Notes: a model not told the origin generated them from the sequence alone. DNA of 64,000 nucleotides from an uncultured bacterium (GCA_963749495.1 CAVVMW010000006.1:704001-768000), one strand, 5' to 3'; counted from the first letter of the stretch, positions 50,965 through 61,142 are shown. Numbers and translations are program-made.

Positions 50965-52125
50965 GTGGAAACCAACCACGCACAGCGAACGGCAGAGAAC
51001 ACCGAGAGCCAATCCGACTGGGTGAAAACCCCCGTCGCCAATCTGCTGCGTTACAAGTCATCAGGCACCTATTTCGCCCGAGTTCGGATTCGGGGCAAGC
51101 TTTTTCGACAATCCCTCAACACAGACGTGATGAGCGTCGCCAAACTGCGCCTGGGTGATTTCGTCAAAGAGAAGCGTGAGGAAATCGGAGATGATTCCAC
51201 CATCCAGTCCGGCAAGATGACCGTGGGTGATGCAGTGGCCATCTTCCGGCAACACCTCGACAGCCAGCAGAACATCAAGGAGGGTGCCAAGGTTTATCGG
51301 CGCAAGTGCCTGGAGGCCCTCGTGAAGTCCTGGCCTGATCTAGAAGCAAAGCCGGTCGGCAAGGTCAGCAGGAATGACTGCCTGGCTTGGGCCAGGCGCT
51401 TTGCTGAGAAATACAGCCCAAGCGTGTATAACAACACCGTAGGGACGCTCCGGATGATTCTCAACGTGGCAGTGGAGAATGGGGCCCGTGCGCAGAATCC
51501 GGCAGAGCGCATCACAAAAAAGCGTGTTAGCCAGCGTGAGCTTGTCCTCCCTTCGCCGGCGCAATTTGAGCTGTTCCTCGCAGCTATTGACACGGCTGGA
51601 GCATGGTGCAGCCGATATTGCGGTGACCTGGTTCGCTTCTTGGCCTTCGGCGGATTTCGTAAGACGGAAGCTGCGAGCATCACTTGGGGAGATTGTGATT
51701 TCGAAAGTGGCCGAATTCGTGTGCTGGTGACGAAGAATGGTAAACCCCGTTCGGTCCCGATGATTGAGGACATGAAGGCTTTGCTTGGACGCCTCAAAGC
51801 CATGCAGCCAGAAGCGCAACCGAGCAACCGGGTGATGCGAGTCCGGGAATGCCAGAAGGCCATGGACCGAGCGGCCAAGGTCATCGGTATGCAGCGGATT
51901 ACCCACCACGACCTCCGCCACCTGTTCGCTACCCGGTGCATCGAATCCGGCGTGGACATCCCCACCGTCTCCAGGTGGTTGGGGCACAAGGATGGCGGTG
52001 CTCTGGCCATGAAGGTCTATGGGCACCTCCGGGACCAGCATTCCGTGGAGATGGCGCAGAAGGTGACGTTCTCGAAGCCGCAGCCGGAGAATCTGGCACA
52101 GATGCCTGACCGGAAAGGGGGATGA
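50965..52125 (+). CDS. Tyrosine recombinase / integrase
   Basis: GGFRKTE, TKNG, HDLRH, WLGH...VYGH catalytic R-K-H-R-H-Y set. Confidence 0.95.
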   Translation: METNHAQRTAENTESQSDWVKTPVANLLRYKSSGTYFARVRIRGKLFRQSLNTDVMSVAKLRLGDFVKEKREEIGDDSTIQSGKMTVGDAVAIFRQHLDSQQNIKEGAKVYRRKCLEALVKSWPDLEAKPVGKVSRNDCLAWARRFAEKYSPSVYNNTVGTLRMILNVAVENGARAQNPAERITKKRVSQRELVLPSPAQFELFLAAIDTAGAWCSRYCGDLVRFLAFGGFRKTEAASITWGDCDFESGRIRVLVTKNGKPRSVPMIEDMKALLGRLKAMQPEAQPSNRVMRVRECQKAMDRAAKVIGMQRITHHDLRHLFATRCIESGVDIPTVSRWLGHKDGGALAMKVYGHLRDQHSVEMAQKVTFSKPQPENLAQMPDRKGG

Positions 52126-52315
52126 CCGGCCGGCGAGTAAGCTTATTCCCGTGTTCTTCAACCACGAAGTCGTGGCGCGTCCTCTGAACCCAGAGACCCT
52201 ATGGAAGGGGTCCAGAATGTGCAGGGCGCTGGCCAACCGCCGCTTGACTGTTGCCAGGCAAGGCCGCGACATGTCCGAACAGACATGCCGGATGCCCGAG
52301 CAGCCTTCCTCTCGC

Positions 52316-53749
52316 TCATTGCACCATAACTGCCGTCAGACCCGTCGGAGGATCCGGTCTTCCTGCCGACAGATTCCCCGGAGGAGCCGGTCTTGCGGCC
52401 GACAAACCGGGAGAAGCTCGGGTTACCGCGGAGAAACGCGGAGAAGCTGGGGGCACCTCAGAAAAACCCCGAGAAGCTGGGGCTACCTTCGACAACCCCA
52501 TCGGAGGAGCCAGTCCAACTAAGAACAATCTCGGAGGAGAGGGCCTTTTTTTTGCCTCACCGATGTCGGGGTTAATCCGGTAAAATCCCAAGGCATCCCG
52601 ATAGTGAGAACCAGCGATGCGACCCACGGGCTTGCTGCCACCTGCGTCATGCGTGGAAAGCGGTATGGGTGCCGGGTGCGCCAGCCGAGTGAGCGCCTGG
52701 ATGCTGTGGGAAGAGGATGAGCGCAGCCAGCCACGCAACTCATGCACTGACGGGACAGAACTTCCGAGCAGATCGAGGTCCTCGGCCGTTTGTGCCCATA
52801 TCCTGCCAACCTCACGCGGGATCCAGGTGACATCTAACTCCCTCGCGCCTCCCTCCGTCGTACCAAAGGACACAACTCCTCCGATGGCTTCACGCGCTTT
52901 CGGCTCGCTGGTGGTGATGGTCGCATCCGTACCGATGGCCGGCGTGCTGGATCGCGTGGCAATGCCGCCCGCGGGCTCACTGCCATCAGAGGATTTCGGC
53001 GCGATCTCCCCACTCTCCTCCCTCGCGCGAGGCCAGATCCCTCCAATCACCTCATCCAACTTCGGCTCGACGGTCGCAATGATCGCAGAACCAGGCGACT
53101 CAGCTCCAATAATCCGTTCCGGTTGAGCTGTTGTCCAAGTAGGCTCGGTCTCTGGAATGTCGCTGTGCTGGATGATCAGTAAACCCAGCAGGATCGCGAG
53201 CCCGATCGGCACTGCGAACTTCGCAATCCCGTCGCCTGCCAGCAGATTTCGGACTTGCCTCCATAGCACCGGCGCCTTCTGCCGCAAACCGCAGGAGACA
53301 CAGATCTCGGCCAGTGCGCACAGTCCTCCAATGAAGCCAATTGCGCAACGGCCGACATTTCTCACCAACCGAACCCAGCCGGTCTCCCGTCCGTTCCTGA
53401 ACCCGTCGGATCCAAAGAAGGCGGCCATCCCCGTCAACACCGCCCCTATCATCAGAACGACGCGCACGGGCCACCAACCGGAACCGAACAGGAGCCTGAA
53501 GAGAACAGGCGGCCTGGAGCGCTCAACGAAAGAATCGGGGCGAAATAAATCCAAGGCGTACTGTCCAGCCGCCTCCGGGTCCAAGCCGTAGTTGTTCATG
53601 CCGTCCCGCCAAAACCTCCCCAGTTGCTTTTGGAACTCGGCGGATTTGCCGGTCCGCTCGGGCTCATCGAGGTCCGATTTTTCACAAGTATCGTCGGCCA
53701 CCTGTCGAAACCGCAGCCGGATATGCTCTGGAATATCCTCGTTTGCCAT
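52316..53749 (-). CDS. Membrane protein with N-terminal HAAS/permease-prefix-like domain (3' end uncertain)
   Basis: ER...EF...L......G.....GLDPEAAGQYALDLF pattern, three hydrophobic segments, downstream of a PadR-like gene. Confidence 0.55.
   Translation of the reverse strand: MANEDIPEHIRLRFRQVADDTCEKSDLDEPERTGKSAEFQKQLGRFWRDGMNNYGLDPEAAGQYALDLFRPDSFVERSRPPVLFRLLFGSGWWPVRVVLMIGAVLTGMAAFFGSDGFRNGRETGWVRLVRNVGRCAIGFIGGLCALAEICVSCGLRQKAPVLWRQVRNLLAGDGIAKFAVPIGLAILLGLLIIQHSDIPETEPTWTTAQPERIIGAESPGSAIIATVEPKLDEVIGGIWPRAREESGEIAPKSSDGSEPAGGIATRSSTPAIGTDATITTSEPKAREAIGGVVSFGTTEGGARELDVTWIPREVGRIWAQTAEDLDLLGSSVPSVHELRGWLRSSSSHSIQALTRLAHPAPIPLSTHDAGGSKPVGRIAGSHYRDALGFYRINPDIGEAKKRPSPPRLFLVGLAPPMGLSKVAPASRGFSEVPPASPRFSAVTRASPGLSAARPAPPGNLSAGRPDPPTGLTAVMVQ
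52348..52539 (+). repeat. Degenerate 30-33 bp tandem repeat (6 units plus a partial one)
   Basis: Units start GAGGAT/GAGGAG/GAGAAG at 52348, 52381, 52411, 52441, 52471, 52504 and 52534. Confidence 0.65.
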
Positions 53750-53751
53750 TG

Positions 53752-54240
53752 TTACTCCGTGGCTGGTGATGGGCGCAGTTTCCGGCCACGCAAGGTTGCC
53801 GCATCGTCTGAGTTGTCAGCGAGCAACGAAACCTGGGCACTCCCTTGGTCTGTGATTGCATATTCCGCGATCTTGGGTTCAGTTGGTTTCTCCTCTGAAC
53901 TCACCAGTCCCGCATCCTTTAGCTGCGACAGAAGGGCATAAATGGCGCTAAAACCGGCGTTCTTTGGAGCATACCCGTGCTTTATCAGCGCCGCGACAAT
54001 CTGCGCTCCATCCATTGGTGCCTGTCGCGTCAGGAGCTTCAAAATCTCCGTCTTCATCGCGCTGTCCGTTAACTTGCGCACAGCTGGCCGATCTATGCTG
54101 AGTCGCCGGTCCAACTCTTCGCATTGGTCTTGCGATAGCGCGTCTGTGCGAAGGTGTGGGGCGATGCGCGCCGCAACTCTTACCACCCATGCGTGAAAGT
54201 CCTCATCGGACATATTATTATTCATAATCATCCTTGTCAT
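53752..54240 (-). CDS. PadR-like winged-helix regulator with N-terminal extension
   Basis: ILKLL...PMDGAQI...AIYALLSQLKDAGLVSS...YAITDQG. Confidence 0.8.
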   Translation of the reverse strand: MTRMIMNNNMSDEDFHAWVVRVAARIAPHLRTDALSQDQCEELDRRLSIDRPAVRKLTDSAMKTEILKLLTRQAPMDGAQIVAALIKHGYAPKNAGFSAIYALLSQLKDAGLVSSEEKPTEPKIAEYAITDQGSAQVSLLADNSDDAATLRGRKLRPSPATE

Positions 54241-54793
54241 TGCGAAGCCTCAAAATGATGCGCTTCAGTTCCGTGAGTGCGCGCCTCTCTTCGTAAGTCA
54301 TGCTACCGAGGGGAATGCCCAGTTCGCTGCCAACAACTTCCTGGGTCTTATGTTCGAGATAACGGGCTTTGATAAGAGCGTGTTGTTGGGGATCCATCTG
54401 GCGAAGCGCCTCATCCAGCAACTCGTCTTCGGTCATTCCTTCGGGGTCAGCGGGGGGATCGTGGACCACCAACGCTGGCGGCATGGCGTCGGACCGAATC
54501 TCTTCCAGGGGGACCGGTGCCTTTTGTTGCTGGGCCATGAGGTTCAGGTAATTGTTTTTGGCGATTGTTCTGAGATAGCCCCGGAATTTCGCAGCCTTGG
54601 AGGGCTTGTCACGTTTTTCCCACATTTTGGAAATCGCTTCCCGGGCCGCCACCTTCACAACGGACTCGGTCGGATTGTGGGCGATGCTGTATATGGCGAT
54701 CGTGGCCACTCGGCCCATCTCCTGGTAACAAGCACTCCAGGCTTCTGGCGATCCCTTTCTCAGGGCTTCGAAGTGGCTGTCGATTTCGTCCAC
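54218..54793 (-). CDS. ECF-type RNA polymerase sigma factor
   Basis: Region 2 (G...AW...FRGYLRTIAKN) and region 4 (ALRQM...RYLEHKTQEVVGSELGIPLGSM...RRAL); GTG start inferred. Confidence 0.8.
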   Translation of the reverse strand: MDEIDSHFEALRKGSPEAWSACYQEMGRVATIAIYSIAHNPTESVVKVAAREAISKMWEKRDKPSKAAKFRGYLRTIAKNNYLNLMAQQQKAPVPLEEIRSDAMPPALVVHDPPADPEGMTEDELLDEALRQMDPQQHALIKARYLEHKTQEVVGSELGIPLGSMTYEERRALTELKRIILRLRNDKDDYE

Positions 54794-55012
54794 GCGCCAT
54801 TTGTAGCCCAATAACCCAACGCCGACAACCTGGGAGGGCGAAATATTTCCAAAAAAAGAGTTAAGAAAGCGGTGGGGTCTGCGGTTAAGGATCATACCCG
54901 ATCCACGCCGCCCTGCTGGCCGCACATGAGCTGATGCAAGAATTGGCGACTGCAATTCAAAAAGTTTTAAGAAATTCAGGGAGGTCGGCGTTAAGAGGGG
55001 TGAAAGGGAACT

Positions 55013-55192
55013 ATGAGAGTACCTAAAAACACCCCAGAGCGCCTTGCCTACTCGGCCCGGGAGGTCGCGTCCATGTTGAATATCAGCACCAAATCCGTCT
55101 ACCGGCTCTGCCAGCGGGGCCTGTTGCGGCGGTCCAATGCATTGCGGACTTTGCTTATCACCCGGTCGTCGGTCGAGGAGTTTCTCAAATGA
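55013..55192 (+). CDS. Excisionase-like HTH protein (59 aa, not in the ORF track)
   Basis: MRVPKNTPERLAYSAREVASMLNISTKSVYRLCQRGLL...ITRSSVEEFLK. Confidence 0.85.
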   Translation: MRVPKNTPERLAYSAREVASMLNISTKSVYRLCQRGLLRRSNALRTLLITRSSVEEFLK

Positions 55193-55547
55193 CAGTGATT
55201 CAACCAGGACGCGCACGCTATGACAATGACTAATAAGAGCGTACATGGCGCGCTCGGCATCCTGCTCAGCCTCGCCCTCGCCGCTGCCGCCGCCTCGCTT
55301 TGGACCCGGACCCTGGCTGCCTCCCGGTCTGCCACTTCATTCTCAGCCGCGCGGGTCTGTTCGATGCAGTCGGCGCAACCCGGCAGAGGGCGGCCATTCA
55401 AAGCCGGGGACCTCAACGAGCTAAACACGAATTTCGGGGGCGGCCTAGCCGACACGCACCGCCAGGGGACACACAACGAGCCGGCCGGTCAACCACGCGG
55501 CGCCGGGCGAGAAGCGAAGGCCGCGCGAACACAAACATAGGGTACTC

Positions 55548-55976
55548 ATGATCATTAAATCCACAACAAAGGCGACCGACCTTGTGCCAGAGGGGGAGCA
55601 CGACAGTGAACTCACACTGCCTGTGTACCGGGGCGAGGGCAAGAAAATCATTCTCCCCTTCGCCGTCATGCACAACGGCAAGCAGGTGAGTGTGCCGAAG
55701 GAAGATCTCGCCTCATTCGACACTGGACCGCTTCGAAAGGACCTGGAATTGCTCCAGGGCCGGGAGTTCACCACGAAAGAGATCGAGGAGGGCGTCGATC
55801 CGGCGAAGTTCGTGGGCAGGAAGTGCCGCGTGCTGGTCGTCCACAAGCGCACCTCCGGTCGTAAGATGATCGCCGTGGTTTCCGCGCTCCTGCCGCTGGC
55901 GGTGAGCCCGGCCAAGCCAGTTCCCGCAGCGCCGCCGGCCACCAGTTCGCAGGCGGAGCCGCCGGCGACCGTCTAG
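55548..55976 (+). CDS. Phage-type OB-fold/SSB-like protein
   Basis: VPEG.H...LRKDLE...GREFT..E....D....VGRKC...V.H pattern recalled from phage ssDNA-binding/replication proteins. Confidence 0.55.
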   Translation: MIIKSTTKATDLVPEGEHDSELTLPVYRGEGKKIILPFAVMHNGKQVSVPKEDLASFDTGPLRKDLELLQGREFTTKEIEEGVDPAKFVGRKCRVLVVHKRTSGRKMIAVVSALLPLAVSPAKPVPAAPPATSSQAEPPATV

Positions 55977-56154
55977 CTGCAACCTTCACCTCGGGCCCCG
56001 CCTGAGCGAGGCCCGGCTCCTTCAACTCCAGTTCAACAATAAGGAATCGTCAATTGAGCGCCCCGCCGTGGCAGTGCAACAAAGACCGGCGCCAGCATAA
56101 AAACCAACAGGCATAACCGACACTGACCGAAATGAATAACCCCGGGCGCGATAT

Positions 56155-57222
56155 ATGAAAAGGAAGGCTGCAAAGCATCCCGTCACACACAGAGAGAAGG
56201 CGTCGCCCACTTCCGGCGCCAACGCCGGCATCGTCAACACCAACCCTTCAGTGAGCGCAGGCGAAGCCAAGCCCACTCGGAAAGCCGAAGGCGAGACTGT
56301 CACCGCTAAGCCGGCCTCGACCGCCGGCGAGTCAGCAGCGGTCCAGGGGAGCACGGGTAAAGAAGCCGCGCCATCGACCCAGTTAACCAACCACCAGCAG
56401 TGCTCAGTTGGCCAAGACCCACCTGAACCTGCGCTGAGCCTCGTCATCACCGACACTGACATTGTCGTGGCGGATGACGCCCATTCAGCAGAACCCAGCC
56501 CTGAACCCCTAACCGCTCAGGAACGGTTGGATCTGCGCCGCTGCGAAATTGTGATTGAGGAGAACATGAACGCCTGGCAGGCAATGGCGGGGGCCCTGTC
56601 CGAGGTGAAGGCTAGACGGCTGTACCGCGAGGACCACAAGTCATTCAAGGAATATCTCGCCAAGCGGTGGAACATCAGCCGTTCGCACGCCTATCGGCTC
56701 GTCAATGCCCACAAGACAAGCGAGAAACTGTCTCCCACGGGAGACACCGCCATTCCTGCAACAAACGAACGCCAGCTTCGTGAACTCGTCAAGGTCCCCG
56801 AAGACAAGCGGGCCGACGTGCTCAAGGAAGCCCAAAAGAAAGCCGGTAAGGGCAGGTTGACAAACCGCCACATCAGGCAAGCGGCTCAGGAGCTGAGTAG
56901 GGAAAACAGCCCCCAAAACGGGACGTCGGTGCCCTCCACTGCGGAGACGCCTAAACGTATCGCGGCCAACATAATCAGACCCGCCGAGGTCTTCCGCGAT
57001 GCAAAGATCCTCCCCTTGGGCGAGTTGAGCAAGCTGGCAGAGGCCGTTCATGCCATTTTCCTTGATCCATCGCGGCACGAGGAAGCGAAGGCGTTGCTGT
57101 TCAAGCTGAAGGAAAACCTCCGGCTCTACGCCGAATTGGAAGCGAAGCATCCTGGCGAGGTGCCGTTGACGCCGCGTGCAGTCGCGCAGCCATCGCCGGG
57201 CCAACCGTCACCAACCGATTAA
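56155..57222 (+). CDS. Phage-like DNA-binding protein (ALxxIxxxRLYRE family)
   Basis: GALSEVKARRLYREDHKSFKEYLAKRWNISRSHAYRLV...NERQLREL. Confidence 0.7.
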   Translation: MKRKAAKHPVTHREKASPTSGANAGIVNTNPSVSAGEAKPTRKAEGETVTAKPASTAGESAAVQGSTGKEAAPSTQLTNHQQCSVGQDPPEPALSLVITDTDIVVADDAHSAEPSPEPLTAQERLDLRRCEIVIEENMNAWQAMAGALSEVKARRLYREDHKSFKEYLAKRWNISRSHAYRLVNAHKTSEKLSPTGDTAIPATNERQLRELVKVPEDKRADVLKEAQKKAGKGRLTNRHIRQAAQELSRENSPQNGTSVPSTAETPKRIAANIIRPAEVFRDAKILPLGELSKLAEAVHAIFLDPSRHEEAKALLFKLKENLRLYAELEAKHPGEVPLTPRAVAQPSPGQPSPTD

Positions 57223-57363
57223 GCGCACTCGCAGGCTGGGGGGTCGCTAAGGTCGGCGCCCTGGCCTCTCACAGACGAACTCAATTAAGACGCACGCCAC
57301 AGCAAAAGCCGGCCCCCTGTGGCAGTGCAGCAAAGACCGGGGCCAGCATAAAAACCAAGAAAC

Positions 57364-57732
57364 ATGAACAACATAGACGACAACGAAAAGGCGGTGGCTC
57401 GGCTTCGGGCCTCCAAGGCACAGGCCCTTAAGGAGCTTCGCCAGCAGGGTAAGGATGCAGGGATCCACTTTGCCTTGAACGACGCTGAGTACCTGGACCT
57501 GGAACGGCTGGACCGGTGGCGGGATGAATGTGGCAGCAATTTCCCCCTGGTCCTCTCGCACACCAGCTTCAAGGAGATCGCGGCGCTGATGGCAAACGAG
57601 CCTGAACCAGAAGACGATCATGCAGATTGGGCCCGTGAAAGGTGGGGGGACGACATCAATCAACAGGAGTGGGTTGAAGCCTTCGTGTCCGCTGCACTGG
57701 CCAAGTACCAGGAACTGAAAGGGAAGCTCTGA
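57364..57732 (+). CDS. Hypothetical protein
   Basis: Clean ORF directly after the conserved 40-bp leader. Confidence 0.7.
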   Translation: MNNIDDNEKAVARLRASKAQALKELRQQGKDAGIHFALNDAEYLDLERLDRWRDECGSNFPLVLSHTSFKEIAALMANEPEPEDDHADWARERWGDDINQQEWVEAFVSAALAKYQELKGKL

Positions 57733-57891
57733 AGTTCGCGTTGCCGCATTCAACGACATCAGCGGCGCCATTCTGCCCTTAAACACCCAGAGAAGACACG
57801 ATTTCAAAACAAGCGCCTATCACACCGGCAATAAGAAGCCGCTCGGCCGGATCAAACGGGCGGCGACACAACGAATACTGCACGCCACAAT

Positions 57892-58767
57892 ATGAAACAC
57901 AAACGACAACACCACAAACACCCGGGCCACGTAACACCAGCTCCAACACCAGACACTCAAGCCCAGCAGATAGAAGCAGTCCAAAGCTCCAGTGCCGCCG
58001 GGAACGCCGAACAGCAAGACCTCGCATATAATCTGTATAAGGCGTCCTGCTTGTTCCGACAGGCATACAACAGCTTCATCCTCGCTCTGCTGTGCGGCGC
58101 TGAATGGAATACTCCTGAGGAGCTAGCGGCTCGCGGTTGGACATTGGTCGATACGGGATTCACCGTAACCCCACCAGGTTCGACAGGCGCTCCGGCCATT
58201 GCAATCCAACAAGTCCACGTGGAGAAGGGCAGAGGAACCGCCCTATTCTACCTGCGGCCACCTCACGGAAAGGGAATCCTCGTACCTGTTGAGGGAGACA
58301 TTTATTCAGAGGGCACCCTCTACTACATGAATACGGCGGAAAAGATTGCGTTCACTCTTTTGCAGCAACAGGGTGGAGACCAAGCCCCGGCCGTGACCAA
58401 TGGGGCGGAGGAACTGAACTCATTTCTGGACTTCTGCAAAGCGTGCTTGGTTAGCCACCGCACCCTCTGCCCGGGGTGTCTGGTCAAGATCAGATGGGGG
58501 AAGAACAAGGCCTTCGGGACTGACCGATTTCGGGTGCGCGACCTGTTCTCGTTGGAAACGGACCAGCCAGTCCCGCTTTGTCTGCTGTTCCGGGTTCACG
58601 ACGACCATGGCGTTCTGCTGAACTGCGACTTTGAGACTGTGCAGGGACAATATACAGCCGCCGCCGAGAAAGCGGCGCCGGGCACCGATCTGTTCGAAAG
58701 CGATTGGATCGATGGCCTCTTCAAGGAAACCCACAATGCTCACATCTACAGAGGCCCGCGACCATAA
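57892..58767 (+). CDS. Hypothetical protein
   Basis: 291-aa ORF co-oriented with its neighbours, A/C-rich leader. Confidence 0.65.
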   Translation: MKHKRQHHKHPGHVTPAPTPDTQAQQIEAVQSSSAAGNAEQQDLAYNLYKASCLFRQAYNSFILALLCGAEWNTPEELAARGWTLVDTGFTVTPPGSTGAPAIAIQQVHVEKGRGTALFYLRPPHGKGILVPVEGDIYSEGTLYYMNTAEKIAFTLLQQQGGDQAPAVTNGAEELNSFLDFCKACLVSHRTLCPGCLVKIRWGKNKAFGTDRFRVRDLFSLETDQPVPLCLLFRVHDDHGVLLNCDFETVQGQYTAAAEKAAPGTDLFESDWIDGLFKETHNAHIYRGPRP

Positions 58768-58827
58768 ACTGGCTCGCGCAGGCCATGCACGGAAGATCAC
58801 AACGAAACAATCAACAACACCCATCAA

Positions 58828-59763
58828 ATGAATCAACCAAATCAATCTAATCAAGCCGGTCCGGACGCAGTCCCAGTTCACATTGAACAGTTGCGCGCCG
58901 CATTGCTAGTCGACCTGAACTCCGGAAGTACGGACGAGCAGCTCGACAGGCTTTTCGGCGTTCAACCTGAGTTGGGGGAACGTCTCCGCCATGATGGAAG
59001 AGACGATAGCACCGATGTCTGCAACCAATACCTGGTTGCCCATTACCGCCGGATGCAGCGCGTTCCAATCGCGCCTCCTATCGCCACGGACGTTATGCTG
59101 TTCGTTCACGAGCAATGGGTCGAAGCGGAATTGCAACAAGAATCACCTCGGCTTTCGGTTTTGCTCAAATATTGTCAGATGAGCTGTGGCGCCCCAGCCG
59201 CTGAGTACGAAGGGTTTCTGCACCGGGCGCGCAGTCACCCCAGCATCGTCAAGTTCTTTGCGGCAACGGCCTGCCTGTCTGAGATGCGGTCCTATTCCGG
59301 GCCATACTTTCAGGTTCCTCCCCTGGTGGAATTAACGGTGGACAGCGAGTGGATCGTGGAGTTCGCGCCACTGAGGGAGATGCTCTTAGGCTTTGGGGGC
59401 AAATTCTTTCCACCGGTGGTCCAGATGGCTCAACTTATCCCGCCGATACTCCTGAGGCAGATGTCGGCGATGGGGCGGCGTTTTCCGGGGTCGGACGCTA
59501 CGTTCGTTCCCACCAACGAGGGTATTTGCCAGGGCGATCCGTATGCTCTTGCGAAGCGAGATGATCTTGAAGTGTGGACCGGATTCGCGTTGGGCGTGGA
59601 CATGTGGGAGCCCCATTCGTGGATCGTGCGCAATAATCACATCCTCGACATGGACAGGTCAAGGATGTTCTACTTTGGCTTCAGGGTTAACCCTCAACTC
59701 GGGCTTTTCGCGCCACGGTTGCTACACGCCCACACCGTGACTCCTCCGTGCTCGCCGTGTTAA
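58828..59763 (+). CDS. Hypothetical protein with C-terminal papain/transglutaminase-like motif
   Basis: C...WTGFAL..D.W..HSW....ILD....MFYFG. Confidence 0.65.
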   Translation: MNQPNQSNQAGPDAVPVHIEQLRAALLVDLNSGSTDEQLDRLFGVQPELGERLRHDGRDDSTDVCNQYLVAHYRRMQRVPIAPPIATDVMLFVHEQWVEAELQQESPRLSVLLKYCQMSCGAPAAEYEGFLHRARSHPSIVKFFAATACLSEMRSYSGPYFQVPPLVELTVDSEWIVEFAPLREMLLGFGGKFFPPVVQMAQLIPPILLRQMSAMGRRFPGSDATFVPTNEGICQGDPYALAKRDDLEVWTGFALGVDMWEPHSWIVRNNHILDMDRSRMFYFGFRVNPQLGLFAPRLLHAHTVTPPCSPC

Positions 59764-59855
59764 CGTCCAACACCGAATCATCCAACGAAACAGAACCGGC
59801 AATAGCACAGCATCTGCCCAGTGCAACGGACAAGACCACAACCAATGAACGATCT

Positions 59856-60276
59856 ATGACTACAGACGACATTATGAGCACCGGCCCTGCCGACGAGCCC
59901 GGCAAACAATCGTCGGCCAATCAAGCGGCGCCGGGCAACGACAAGGTCTTGCTGCTGGCGGTGGGCATGGTTGGCGGAAAACTCGTGATCACGCCCCTCG
60001 ACCTTGAGTTCGAAACCGACGATCAAAGCCCATTGTCAAAAACGGAGCAGACTCTGTTCAAGAGGAGCCAGGCCACGTTCGACCAACATCGACATGGGTT
60101 CGAGCAAGCCCTCCAGGCGCTGCATTCCATGTTCGCCGGGAGGCTTTACCGCGAGAAGTTCTCTGGCTTTGGACAGGTACTGTTTTGCGCTCCACGGCAT
60201 GTCCATCCCGGAGAAGAAGTTGACGGAGCTGAAGACCAAGGCGAGCAAGATTGGGTTAACGGGAGGCCGCAAATGA
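59856..60276 (+). CDS. Short RLYRE-family protein (one +1 frameshift near 60171)
   Basis: QALHSMFAGRLYREKFSGF continues as DRYCFALHG in the next frame. Confidence 0.55.
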
Positions 60277-60329
60277 CGCACATGGTGACCTGCAGCAACG
60301 CCATTTTATACCGCCAAAACCACTCGAAC

Positions 60330-61142
60330 ATGAACATCACAATTGCACACGAGGGAAGGCAGAAAAGCTTCGCGTTAAACCCCCAGATCATCAACCGCCG
60401 CACAAAAGTCCGACCTGATGGAGCGACGGAGCACTCGATAACGCTACAGGATGTCAGCCATTGCGTGGTGGCCTTCTGCCGATCCAGGCCAGGGAGCATG
60501 CGCTTGGCAAGGAGCATTCGTCTGGGTATGCGGCCCGAACTGCGGGTCGCGGACACGTGTTTAGGTTTGGCTGTCCTGGTTCACCCCATGGGTTGGCCGC
60601 AAGCAACGCCACCGGAATATTACTTGGCAAAGGCAGACGGGCAGGTTGTGCGAGCGGCCGGAGTTTACGTACCTACCAAGGCAGCCGAGGTCTTCCCCGC
60701 GACTCCAATCAAGGCGTTCAGCATCGTGCCCAGGCTTCCAGACGTTCCTTACGAGTCCGTCCGATACCAGGATGTGCGCCAAGCGTGGATGAAGGACGAG
60801 AGGGTTGGTCTGGGCTTTGAGTGCGACAATCTGGAAAGGGGACTGTGCAGGATCGCCATCGTGACAGCATCCAAACAAACAGCCTTTGACCTTGCTAGCG
60901 ATTTACGGCGTCAACGAGTTCGAACCTTACGCGTCAATAAAACGGTCCCGGCCATCTTTCAGGAACTTCAGCCGTCGCCCCGGGAAAGCAGATTGCTCGT
61001 GGACGGTTTGACTAATCTCCGGCAGAAACAACAACGGGCGCTGGAGCAGATTGGTCTCACACTTCTGCCGAACGGTTGCTATCTGACGAGCATCTTGCGA
61101 TGGGAACACGCCAGGATACTCGCCTCGGTGGGTTTGTTCTAG
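60330..61142 (+). CDS. Hypothetical protein
   Basis: Downstream part of the 464-aa track ORF, with its own ATG after an A/C-rich leader. Confidence 0.6.
   Translation: MNITIAHEGRQKSFALNPQIINRRTKVRPDGATEHSITLQDVSHCVVAFCRSRPGSMRLARSIRLGMRPELRVADTCLGLAVLVHPMGWPQATPPEYYLAKADGQVVRAAGVYVPTKAAEVFPATPIKAFSIVPRLPDVPYESVRYQDVRQAWMKDERVGLGFECDNLERGLCRIAIVTASKQTAFDLASDLRRQRVRTLRVNKTVPAIFQELQPSPRESRLLVDGLTNLRQKQQRALEQIGLTLLPNGCYLTSILRWEHARILASVGLF

Noticed and set aside
55220..55540. 106-aa ORF with hydrophobic N-terminus
   Set aside because: No recognisable motif and weak coding support; left uncalled.
59748..61142. Single 464-aa gene
   Set aside because: Better explained as a frameshifted RLYRE-family gene plus a separate gene starting at 60330.
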